Assembly: GCA_024704765.1 (NCBI GenBank)
Contig: JAKMXF010000155.1
Coordinates: 262,801 to 326,800 of the forward strand
DNA length: 64,000 nt
Direction: 5' to 3'
Origin: Oopsacas minuta
Lineage: Eukaryota > Animalia > Porifera
The notes below the pieces were generated by a model. That model was not told the origin of the DNA. It saw only the letters and a list, made by a program, of their open reading frames with translations, and made no database searches. Numbering within the stretch: the stretch's first letter is position 1; the number at the start of each line of letters is the position of its first letter. The position numbers and the translations under genes were made by a program. Of this stretch, positions 40,500 through 52,086 are shown piece after piece.

Positions 40500-41790
40500 T
40501 AGGGTGACACATAAATACTGTTACAACTTTTAAAACTACCATATTGTAGATGAATATGATTCAATAGCGTTGAAACTTATCCAATATATTGTACTACATA
40601 TCTATTTTATCTCAATAATTCACACCAGCTATATCTCACTTAGAAGTTTTATAATTTCAACATTTGGTAATGGAGACTCGTCGTTCAGCTGTTATTGAGT
40701 TATTCAAGGCCGGAAAATGCAGAAGTGAAATTGCCTCTTTGCTCAGTTACAATAGGATGTTTATTTCGCGAACTTTGTCACGGTTTGCTGATACAGGGGA
40801 CGTGTTAGACCGTCCACGTACTGCACGGAAAATTTCTTTGACCAAGAGGGTGCTACAATGGATTAAACGAAATCCCGCCCGAAGTATCCGAAAAATGGCC
40901 ATTGAAACTAATACAAACAGGGAATCGATGTGGAGGCTTGTTTGTAATGATTTGGGCATGAAAGCGTATAAAATGAAAAGACAACTCCTCACAGCCAAAA
41001 TAAAAGTATGAAGTTGGAAGGATGCAAGGCCATGCTTTCACGTTTCACCAATGGTCGACACAAGCAGTTCCTTTTCTCTGATGAGAAATTATTTACTGTT
41101 CAGCAGGTCCTAAACAAGCAAAATCATAGGAGTTTAGCCACCGATAAGAGTATTTTGCCTGAATCTACTTTCGGGTCTCTAGAACGCAGAAACCAGCTTC
41201 AGTGATGGCATGAGCCGGGGTTACTGGAACTGGTCGGACACCTTTGATATTTATCCCCCAAGGTGTGAAAATCAACCGATCGGTTTATCAGGAATCAATT
41301 CTTGAGAATGTTTTGAAATCTTGGGCACAATCAGATTTTGGAAACGACCTATTGGTATTCCAGCAAGATTCTGCCCCAGCTTACAAGGCTAAAGCCACTC
41401 AAAAGTGGTGCAAGACCAATTTTTCGGGGGTCATTTCTTCGAAGAGTGGCCACCTTGTTCGCCAGTCCTTAAGCCCTTCGACTTCTCTATATAGTCCATA
41501 TTGGAGGAGAGGGTTAACACTACACCCCATCGTTCAGTTGAGGTTCTTAACAGTATATTATTAAGAGAGTGGTCAAAGATTCCGGATGAGCATGTGTGTG
41601 CCAGTATAGACTCCTTCATCGTCCGTCTGAAGAGCTGCATTAAGGCAAAAGGCGATATATTTGAGTAATACTTTCTTAATTTTCAACCCTATAGTATTTC
41701 TAAACATAATTTAGAATATTAGAACGATCGCTCCAATAGTTTTTGTTTTCAGCCCTTTTATATTTGTAACAGTATTTATGTGTCACCCTG
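40500..41790 (+). mobile_element. maT (DD37D-type) element, decayed
   Basis: TIRs (C/T)AGGGTGACACATAAATACTGTTACA and TA TSD. Motifs METRRSAVIEL, FLFSDEKLF and FQQDSAP. Confidence 0.9.
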
Positions 41791-43499
41791 TATAATTTAG
41801 AGAAGGTGATCCAACTCATCAATATCTGAAACGATTGATGAGTCTGCCATATTTACCAGCAGATCATATAGTAGAAGTGTTCAGGAAGTTACGTCAAAAG
41901 GCAGGAACTGGTGCATTATTTGAATTACCAAACTATGTCTATACTACATAGATTTCGAACAGTATTTAGACTCCCTATTCTTGGAGTGTTTATAATCAAC
42001 TAATAAGAACTAATAATGATGTGGAAGGTTGACACTCCAAGTTAAATAGAGCTGTAACAAGGGACAGTCTGCAATTATATTTACTAGTAGAACTACTATC
42101 AAGAGAGGTAAGAAAATCAACTCTAGTTAAGGACCTTAGGCAGCACTTCCCTCAACTCTAAAGTTAATCTCTGTTTTAATAACGTGAATAATAATAAACG
42201 ATATTTTTAATTCAAATATTTTATAGAAAGGCAAAGATGGTCCACCTACAGGTCCTACATATGCATGGGGAAAAGTTAACTAGACGCCAAAGACGCCGTT
42301 TTCTTAGGACTCAAAATAGATATGCAATGCATAGGAAGAATATCGATTAACAACCATGACGCTACGAGATTCTAAAAGACTGCTTGATAGATGTGCCCAT
42401 CTAGCTCGAGCCACAGAATAGCTCAATACATATTTTACTTCACGTATATTCTATAAAAAATATATTATTGTTTGTCATAAGTAGTATAAAACATTTCCGT
42501 TGTTTGATATTAATATCAAGTTATTGATTAATCAGATTTGGGAATAAGTTGATAAACATGAACAAAATTGTTATAGAATAGATACGCGTAAGAGTTGTGC
42601 AAAAAATGGGACTACGAACATAGGGACGAGTTAATCGAAAAAATAGGTACGAGTTGACTGGCAATCGTCATTATCCACAAAGGGAAGTTTATAGGTCGCG
42701 ACAATATTAAATAGTACCTTTGGCTTGATGAATACTTTTTGTTTTTAACAATAGACATAATCTATCTCTCCAACTATTTTATGTCGAAATGACTTCACCT
42801 GATTGCCAACTCTGCATATGCCAACAAAATGTTCCTCTTAATATATTTTTATAGAGTATGATCCAACTCTTTTAAGAGTCATTCATTAAATTTATGATAG
42901 CATAATTTTTTCAATTGGATCTAAGGTTATTTCATGCATAACATCTATATTTTTGACAGTTTTTGCACGTTCCAGATTAATAGTTCCAACCATGGATGCC
43001 ACATTATTGCTTTTATTCACTAATATCTTAACAATTTTTCTGTTATCGTCAAATCATTTGGTGAACATGTGTTATATAACCGATTTCTCACACCCTCATA
43101 ATACATTATGATACTATATCGCTTGCGATCATGAGGTAATCCTTATAATGCACATATATAGTATTATTCATGACTGCAAAATATTCTTTGGGGTGTCTTA
43201 TCGAAATGTATTATCTGGGCATAAGAAATCGGGTAAATCCTAAATATTTCCTGATTTGACTATAACTTTAGGGATTGTTATGTTATTTTGAATTTGAACA
43301 AAATTCAGCATCCATGGTCACAACTATGACTTTCGAACCTGTAACACTATGAAAATGGATGATGATAATTTGCATGAACTTTATCTTAGATATAATTTGA
43401 ACAAATTGTTTGTAAAGTAAGCCAATAAATTCAATATTTAGCAAAAAATTCTAGGGAATTCATCCTTCATCCGATTGAAGATTCTCTTATATAATCGGT

Positions 43500-46200
43500 C
43501 ATTTTGCTTTGTTGTCGGGCAATGGATTACAGTACCTGTTCCACTTCACTGACGGAATTGGTCACTTTTCCGGTACTCAATATATAGCCTCTAGTAATGT
43601 TCCCCATGTCATGTAGATATTTGCTTATTGTAGTAGAAGACTTGTCATTAACAGGGTATCGCTCATTTATACCATCTTCCCTGCCTTCTGACCCTGCTTC
43701 TTCCAACGTGTTATTAGTGATCACATCGATATATACTGTAAGATCCTTACTGGTTGTCTCGATATCCACTAAATCAGCGACATCAGAGAACTCATCAGAA
43801 TAGCCTTGCACCTCGCTCACTGCCTCATTTAATTCAGTCACACGAAGACCTAACTTTCTCTATGCATTCCCTATAACCTCACTCAACACATTAAGTTGCC
43901 AAGCAGATCTTCATAAGACCTTCACAGAGGGAAACATCCTTAGCCTCCTTGGTAAGTAATAGGTGAGCCAACTTATCCCAATAATAAGCCTTCAAAGAGC
44001 GTATGAGCCCTTGGTCGTAAGGCTGCAACATGGAAGTCGTTTGTTTCTGCATCATCTTGATCTATAAACTCGACTTAATGTCATAGATATCCAAAAAAAC
44101 CATTATGAGAAAGACAATAGTCGATGAAAATTAAACACTTTCGTGTTATCAAGTCGCTATTTTACTTATTTGGATGGCTGAAATTATTTTTATGGAAATC
44201 CAAACCATGGAAGAAGCATAGTCCAGAGGAGCTGCTGCTCTATTCCTTTAAACTATGGGCCATCTTGGTTTGGATATGGTGGCAATACAGAAGAGTGGCA
44301 TCTTTTCTTCACCCATTGAACATCCAACAATTAGTGTGAAACGAGATTTGAAAGCTTTACGCCACTTACTTTCTCCTCTTGGAGGCCAAAAAATGTATTA
44401 GCATAGGACATTCTCCAAAAAGTGAAGTCTCGTCTCTTTTGTACAGATCACGAAGATGATTATTAGCTAAGCTCGGCTGAATGGCCACCGTTCATTTCCT
44501 GAAATCAGGGCAGTTCGCAGTGATTCTCCTTGGGGTCTCACATTTTGATTCCATGGTGTACCCTCCTCCTCTGAACCTTAAGCTCCTTCTTCAATCCATA
44601 GTTCAAGGCGATTCTTTCTGCGGCTTGAAGAAGTATCGAATTTTTTTCCACTCTTTATTTTGTGCAGGCATTTTGGTGAACCCTGTTAGAAGTAGTTCAT
44701 CCGCCTCTCTACAGAGTGTTAAGAAATTGTTTTCTCTATTTTGAAGATACAATATAATCATATCCTGTATTCTAATGCACTTTGACTATTTTTGCTTGAA
44801 TAAATACAATGTATACTGTACGTGTGGACAGTACTTAAGTATATTTTTCGAATGTTTGTTTACTTTTTGATTGACGAATTTGTAGTATTTTTCTAGCAGA
44901 AATTTTTTATAGATGGTCAAAGAGGCCAGTATCCCTTTGAGTCATCAGGCAATGGGCATGTTAAAGGGTGGAATGAACAAAGACAGGTGGCAAATATTAT
45001 TGGGGTCTGTGTGCGAACCATTCGTTTTAAAACGGGAAATTCTCTTACAAACAGAAGTGGCCGCGGGAGAAAACGGTTTAGAAACAATCTCAAAGATTTT
45101 TTTGAAGAAAAATGTTGGAAAATGCCAAAAGCAATACGAAACTATCCTATATCTTGAAATCTAAAGGTTTTCCGGCTTCCCATGTTACTATTCATAGCTA
45201 TCTACGGAGTTTCGCAGACTCAAACCTTATCAACCTCAGGTTCTTTCACGATTGACTGAAAATCATAGAATTGCTTGATTGAAGTTCTGCCAGAAGAGGA
45301 GAAATATGTCAGTTAATGATTGGCAGCAAGTATTGTTTTCAGATGAATTACCCTTCGAATTATTTCATCCCCCTAATCGCCAGGATGTTCGAATATAGTT
45401 CGATCGTAGAGATAAAGTCCCGCATTTTGAGAGTGTAAAATTTCTATGAAAATTCCAAGTGTGGGGGTTATGTCCTATCGAGTTTTATCAGAACATCATA
45501 TCATAGCACACTTTCAAACTGTTAACCTGAATATTACAGAAAGGAGATTCTGAAGAAGACACTAACCTCTTTAATGCATCGGAAGGAAGTTACAGGGAAT
45601 GTATTAGAGTAAAAGATGTTGCCTGACATGTCTTAGGCGATATTCCAGCAAGTTGGAACACCAGCCCACACCTCAAAAAATGTCAAGAATGGCTCGAAAA
45701 TATTGTATGCAAATTCTGGGAGAAGGGCATTTGGCTGCCAATTCACATAATTTAATCCCAATCGAAAATCTCTGGGCAATTTTACAAACAAGGCTAGGAA
45801 GAATGGAACGCTAACAAATCTAAAAATGCTTCGGAAACATCTGATCCAGGATTGGGGAGAGATAACTCCTGAACTTTAGGCGAACTTATTGCTAGCATAC
45901 CAAATCGTATTAGTAGGTGTATTCAGCTAAAGGGAAGGTACATTGGAAAGTGAATAGAGTGTTTGTTTAATCTCTTGCATAGAAATTCTCGATTATATGT
46001 TAGGAAAACAATTTCTTAACACTCTGTATACTTTTCAGGGCCTTTCAATGATTTCCTTTTAGAGTCAGGTTCATTAAGATACTTATTTTGTCATTCTGTT
46101 GGAGAATGTACAAAACTGAGGGCTTTGTTGTCACAAACATTTCGCAATTCGCGCTTTTGAGCTACGCTAATTGGGTGCGGGGCTTAAAAGGGCATCACAA
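43500..46200 (-). pseudogene. pogo/Tigger-type transposase remnant interrupted by a TRT element
   Basis: CENP-B-like KRKSL...KY|READELL runs across the TA insertion site, followed by DETSLF and TTSMLQPYDQGLIRSLKAYY. Termini not found. Confidence 0.75.
44712..46026 (+). mobile_element. TRT-type Tc1-like element, heavily decayed
   Basis: TIR CAGAGTGTTAAGAAATTGTTTTC and TA TSD. MVKE...QAMGMLKGGM and FWEKGIW are similar to the element at 3656-4999. Confidence 0.88.
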
Positions 46201-46284
46201 GATGATATTTTTCTCTCAATGTTAGCCCTACTTTTTTTTGAACAATAATTGATAGCCAATCGAGGATCTATAAGCAAGCCAAAT

Positions 46285-46680
46285 ACACCGATAGTTAGAA
46301 TAACCCAAGTAATAATGAGCAAATAGTTGTAACAAACCAATTAAGAAACAAGCGATGGTTAGAATTTTCGAGTAAGGAATATCCTGATCCTAAGAATGAG
46401 CAGAGTAAGAAAATAAATAGATAGTTAGAATAAACAAACGAAGAAATCCTGATAGTTAGAATACCCAAATAGGAACAAACCGATAGTTGGAAAAAGCGGA
46501 GTAAAAGAAATACGATGGTTAGATTTAACCGAGTATGAAAGAATCGATGTTTAGGATTTTTCGAGTGAGAAAAAACCAATAGTTAGAATTTATTGAGTAT
46601 AAATGCCGATAGTTAGAATACACCGAGTATAAATGCCGATAGTTAGAATACACCAAGTAAGAACAAACCGATGGGAATAC
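46285..46680 (+). repeat. Degenerate tandem array, ~30-bp unit with core GATAGTTAGAATA
   Basis: About ten recognisable GAT(A/G)GTTAGAAT-like cores. The last two units are near-identical. Confidence 0.75.
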
Positions 46681-48274
46681 TAGTTAGTTTGAAATATCGT
46701 GCACCACTAATCTATTTATTATATAACTTGTTGATGTTTTTTTTTTTTTTTGTTTGAATTGATTGAAGAACTTGTAAGAGCGACTAACTTGAAATTTTGC
46801 ATGTATGGGAGATGATAAATCTAGAAACAAGTTATATGGTCTAAGTGATATCTCAGAAAGTCTCTGAGATAGATGTCAAAATGTATTGACCTATCACATT
46901 TCGAGAGTCAACCAATTGTCGTGATATTACCCTATCGTATGATAGTCTTTAACCCAGTTCAATAGGATGAAAAATTACTCAATTTTTCCAATTGTGTAAA
47001 AGTTTTCAAATGCCAATTTGTTAAATTTGTGACTATCTTTGCTAATTGAAATATAGTTAGTAATTAGCCAACACAGCTATATTGTGGATGATATATACAT
47101 ATTCAAATATATATTTTTGTAATTTAATTAACTTGTCAATGATATGAATAAGTAACCATGTTTATTATTGTTTATTCATTAACCATAATTAATTTAACTA
47201 CAATTTTTAACATTAAGTAAAAATACATCGCAAACTAAATCTTTTATGTAATTATTCCGTGGACATTGAAGTAGTGGAAACCGGATAGTAGCGAAATATA
47301 GTTATGCATAGCCTACTCTAATATAAGACCTGAAGACCTTTTGTAACTTTTGGGCTAGGGATTTTGTTGGCGATGAAGGTAATTGACGTCATAGCTTTCT
47401 GAAGATATTGCCTGATCACTGAGTCAATTTTCACTGGACCAAGGATAAAGGTAGTGGTTATTGTTGATGGGAAATTCTATAATCGTCGATTTATGAAACT
47501 AGCACATTTTAATCCGGTAATAAGTATTTTTGATATGCAAAATTCACAAAAGCCACATTTGTGAAGATTTACAGATCAAATTGAGGTTATCTACTAGCGT
47601 AATTCCCTAATATGTATTAAAAATGTTGCAACCTTTGAAACCTTCTTGGACGTCAATTGTATATCTATGTTTAAATGCTGAAATTTCAAATGATCTAAAA
47701 CCGTCTCTGTACATAATATGCGAATTTGTTCATTATACAGTTGTCTTTTTTGTCATGACAATTTCGTAACAAAACATACGACAACTATGGAAGGTATCAC
47801 ACCGTGGATGTCGTATGTTTTGTTAATATTCCACTATAACTCGATAATCGTTACAATTAGTATAGCCAATATATGGTATACAAATGACTTCACATATCCT
47901 TATAGTATATTTTGATATTGTATCCCTTATCAATATGACGTAATAATGAATATGTCCATTATTAGTCATTTTTGAGATTGCACAATTTCTTTAGGGATAT
48001 CATATCAAAATTTATTGCGAGGACATGGAAAGCTACGTGTATATTCTACAAATGCTATACTGATTTGATCATAATTTCTGCGATTATCAAAGTACAAGAG
48101 TATGTCGATGATTACATGCAATCCATGGGCGATAACTCAAAAACGGATTTAAACATAGATACATGATTAACCTTCTACTTGGCTTCAAAGATTTTGATTT
48201 TTTGGTTTGTACTAGGCATTAGGCTGGCAAATTACCTCACTTCGATCTGTAAACCATTATGCTAAGCTAAACAT

Positions 48275-51092
48275 TCAGGAATGTGTAAAATGTGCCTAGT
48301 ATGAATTTATTTGTTTAATTATTCCATTCTTTGAAGCCTTAGTATTGTAAAAAATGCATCTTTCATTTCAATCTGAATTAATGAAATGATCTATGTATAC
48401 TTTTATAGAATATCAAAAAATTGTAATAATAATGTAGCCTCGTTCATGAGTTACTAGTGATACCATGGATGACACATTTTTTGGGAGCCGCACATTTGCG
48501 TACATCACACTTGCGTATAATGTGTATGTTCAAAGTTGCGTACATCACAGTTGTGTACAATGTAATGTATATTTGACAAGTTAATTAAAGGTTTCACAGG
48601 TAAATAAACTCTAATTACAAAATTATTTCGAGATCTATAAAATGCATTGGATGAGCTGGATATTTTATCACCAAGTATCTAATGTCTGCCAATAGCGATA
48701 CTTCATTCCAAATAGTCAAATCTTCAAAGGGGACTAACAAATTATCCCACGACGGATATTTTATATTTTCCATCGGGGAGCTATCAAAAAGGAGTGGCGG
48801 TGTGTCGTGCGAGGATGTAAAGCTAGAATACACTCCGTTGACGAGACAATCATCAAAAAGTCTGGGGAACATTCTCACCCACAGGAATACGGTAAAGATG
48901 AGGTAACAGTCATGAAAGATTTATTGAGGAAGCGAAGGAGAAAAACTAATGACAATCCACACGTTGCGATAGGAGAGATGACCAGTTTATTGTCTGAGTC
49001 TGCGAAGTCTCTGCTTCCAAATCAACACGTCCTGAAAATGATGTATAAAAGGCAACGTGTTGCTCCACCTAATCCAGTATCTTTTGAAGAACTTCAGTTA
49101 GACGCTGAAAACATCAAAATATTTTCTAACAGGAATTTTCTATTCTACGACTCTGGCATTGGCCCCGATAGGATAGTGATATTTGCAACTAAAGGGAACA
49201 TAGAATTTTTGACCATGTTAAAGATCTGGCTAGCCGATGGCACATTCAAATCAGTCCCTACTCTCTTTTGCCAACTATACACAGTTCATTGTCTTATTGG
49301 AGGACCCAATCCTTTGGAAAATGGCCATTTATTACCATGTGTATACGCGCTACTCCCGAACAAATCAATTGCCACATACATTAAAATGTGGAAAGTTATC
49401 CGTGATGCCTGTCCGAATTGTCAACCGCACTACTTTTTGTCGGCTTTGAGCAAGCAGCAATCAATTCTTTCAATTCAATTTGGACATTAACCCAAGTGAA
49501 AGTGTGCTTTTTCCTTCTCTCACAGTCAGTTTATAGGAAACTTCAGTCTCTTGGCCTGCAGTCAGAATATCTTAATGATCCGGAATTTGCATTAACCATG
49601 CGTACACTGCCTGCTCTAGCTTTCGCCCACCCGAACTCGTCGGCTGGTCTTTCCAACAGCTGATCATGACTTTCCCAGAAAATGCATATCCTCTCTGCAG
49701 GTATTTTGAAGAAAATTACATAGGCATTCTAAACTTGAATGGGGAAAGGAATACTCCTCTCTTCCCAATATCTCTTTGGAACAATTTTCATCTTGTTCCA
49801 CAAGGCTTGCGAGAAGTACAAACTTAGTAGAAGCATGGCATCGTGGATTTCAAAGCACATGTGGTTGTCATCACCCTACAATTTGGAAATTCATAGATTG
49901 CCTTAAAACGGAACAAGGTAATGCCGAGTTAAAACAGCTGAAATTTACCCACGGTGAAGACCCCAAAAAAACGAAAAAATCAATTGATAATGAAAAGGCA
50001 ATATTCAACCTAGTAACTTCATTTTTTCACAGGCCAATATTAGTGTACTTAAGAGACCTTGCTTTTAGAACCAGATTTTAATCATCCCTATGTTTATTAT
50101 GCTTGTTATTTCTGTTATAAGGCCATATAAAATAATATACTTGTTTATCATCCCCGCCCGCCCCATTTAATCTCCCTCCTCGGCAATATTTTTTATTTTA
50201 ATACATATCTTTATTTAATACTTATATTCGCAGATGAGCATCTCCGAAACAAGCTTATTATTTAACATTAGCGCCCTTCGCTTGCTTGGTCGCTGGGCAG
50301 TTTGGCTAATCATGTGATTTTTCGAAATCCAAAAAGGTGGCAATGGCATCATAATTTCGTCAGGTGTGAATTTTCGTCCAAGACTCAAACCTGTCAGAGT
50401 CAGGCCTAAATACCCCTCCCTGCATGGCAAAAATCAGCCCTGGGGTGTTCACTATATTTTTATTTTTATTATTTTTATCATTATTATCATATACAATTAT
50501 AGATTAATCGCGTTTTCCCATATACAGTGTAAGTTTAATACGAACACCAATGGACCGTACGGTTAAAATTTATTCGCATTTCTGGAGCTCATAAACCGGA
50601 GTAATATCCATTGAAGTACGGTTGTAGGGACCTGATTATGTGCGAATATTGTTCGTCTTATCAGAAATTCGTATTAACGAGATAGTTTAAATAAATTAGT
50701 AAAATTACGCTATGCAAAAAAAATAAAAATAAAATGCCGCCTTCCGCCCCTATTTCGCAGAAAAAAGTGGATGAGAAACAAGTACTTTATTTTACATGCC
50801 CTAATCATTAAATACATATATGAATTTGTTTGAATTCAACAAATAATAACATACTGTACGCAAGTGTGATGTCCGCAAATGTGTATAACAAACCTTGTAT
50901 GCAAATGTGATGTACGCAAGTGTGATGTACGTAAATGTGCTAGACCCCATTTTTGGGTATCTAATTAGAATTTAGATTATTTCATGTTTTACTTTGAAAT
51001 GAAAGATTCATTATTTACCTTCCATAACGCATATTCAATGACCTATTTTATCAATATATGCATACTAGACACATATTACACATTCCTGAATT
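48275..51092. repeat. Diverged inverted-repeat pair (older MITE) enclosing the MULE at 48483
   Basis: ATTCAGGAATGTGTAA.ATGTG.CTAGTATG and ATCTTTCATTTCAA at ~48275-48390 occur inverted at ~50995-51092. Confidence 0.6.
48483..50947 (+). mobile_element. MULE with frameshifted FLYWCH+MULE transposase (~48682-50081)
   Basis: TIRs GGG...GCACATTT.CGTACATCACACTTGCGTA and TSD CATTTTT(T/G). Motifs GCKARIH, WLADGTFKS, QLYTVH and RSTNLVEAWHRGF. Confidence 0.88.
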
Positions 51093-51499
51093 ATTTGCAT
51101 AGGTAAAATGGTTGATAATAAAATGTTCTACAGTTATGCATACATTTATTCGGGAAAAAATGCACAATTTCTGCAATATTGAATATACACTTAGAAACCT
51201 AGATCTCCGACCGCATCTCTTGACCAAAATTCACAAAAGGCTGACAGGCGTAGAGTAGGCTATGAGTTGTGATTGTACGGTTTTCGAAAGGCTTGCTAAT
51301 TTGTCCAACGGCTCACAGAGCATAATTAGTGGAAATTTAGGGATTTATGACACCTTTACAATGTTTGACTTCATTGTAATCCACCTCTTTGATCTTTCAC
51401 TGTCACTCATTCTATTGTACCCATTTTTCAACCAATTCATGCAGCCAGTAAGCACACATCTTTCTCTTATATATTTTGATTCTCTCTAGTATTTTGTAG

Positions 51500-51910
51500 G
51501 TTGAGGTTTTCTCTGGATGGGAAGATGATATTTGTCAGGTTTTATCAAATGTGAGAAAGACTGGACAGCGTTTCAATATTGTATTTTTGGCTGAGGGTGC
51601 TTTAGACGAACATAATGATCCTCTTGAATCGATTCGCATCAAGAAAGCTATCGTTGATCGTTTAGATTATGATACACGCATTACTGTTTTGGGGCATGTT
51701 CAAAGGGGTGGAAAACCATCTGCTTATGACAGAATAATTGGTTCAAGATTAGGGGCAGAGGCTGCAAATTTTGTGGCACATAACGACTTCAAAGTTTCAC
51801 CTATTATTCTTGCTGTGAGAGGAAACAGAATATTGTATCTTCCATTAGTGGAAACAGTTAATAAGACTATAGCCGTTTCAGAAGCTATTGAAAAGCGTGT
51901 CTATAAACAA
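51500..51910 (+). CDS. PFK: 6-phosphofructokinase coding exon 3
   Basis: Acceptor TTTTGTAG|GTTGAG gives FIPE|VEVFSGWEDDIC. Motifs AEGA, DTRITVLGHVQRGG and AYDRIIGSRLGAEA. Probable donor CAA|GTTAGT. Confidence 0.9.
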
Positions 51911-52086
51911 GTTAGTATAATGATTATGTGCTTACCAAAAATTCTTTATTTTCTTACCCAACTATAGTCATACCTTTTTTAACATGGCCCATTCATCGAT
52001 CAAATCACCTTTTCCCTCCTTAATAATTAATTGATGTCTTATATTTTTGACTTTTCTTTAGCAATTTATTTTACACTCTGCAGTAA

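Larger units (their letters stand above)
37379..42666 (+). mobile_element. Mutator-like element (MULE) with FLYWCH and MULE domains, intron-containing
   Basis: Termini G..GCCAG(C/T)CAACT.GTACC with AACTCGT repeats and TSD GTCATTAT. Motifs WYLDATFK, QLFSIH, DFEKALW, CVFH and RTNNDVEG. Confidence 0.85.

Noticed and set aside
43527-43841. Acidic 104-aa ORF as a separate gene
   Set aside because: It is on the same strand and directly downstream of the pogo DDE fragments, where acidic tails are expected.
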